Assembly: GCA_945861645.1 (NCBI GenBank)
Contig: CAMAVZ010000033.1
Span: 1-16,521 of the forward strand
Length of the DNA: 16,521 nt
Source of the DNA: Opitutus sp. GAS368
Lineage (GTDB): Bacteria > Verrucomicrobiota > Verrucomicrobiia > Opitutales > Opitutaceae
Reading direction: 5' to 3'
A model generated the notes under the pieces. It did no database searches. It was not told where the DNA came from and saw only the letters and a program-made list of their open reading frames with translations. Positions 16,521 through 16,521 of this stretch are shown piece by piece; position 1 is the stretch's first letter, and each line of letters starts with the position of its first letter. The position numbers were made by a program, and so were the translations under genes.

Positions 16521-16521
16521 G

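Overview
GC-rich bacterial window with three blocks; gene style is compatible with Verrucomicrobiota/Opitutae, but that is inference only. (1) 47-5030 (+): heavy-metal efflux locus. A small His-rich secreted/membrane leader ORF ending in RAAPPPRAPS is followed by a structured 119-nt spacer, a TolC/CzcC channel and a CzcA-type RND pump. No membrane-fusion (CzcB) gene is present. (2) 5211-7708 (+): a hybrid histidine kinase with a degenerate receiver domain, a small GIY-YIG nuclease and a YdcF/DUF218 protein. (3) 7714-16521 (-): a tightly packed operon, hflX (5' end cut off)-moeA-moaC-mogA-MOT1-type transporter-moaA-moaD-[moaE+moeB+rhodanese fusion]-xdhC-mocA. This looks like a complete route from molybdate uptake to the MCD form of the molybdenum cofactor. 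The best leads are the candidate RAPP-like ribosome-arrest leader upstream of the efflux genes, the three-domain MoaE-MoeB-rhodanese fusion, and a sharp GC-skew flip near 5030-5200. No rRNA, tRNA, CRISPR array or mobile element was seen. All calls come from motif recognition; no database searches were run.
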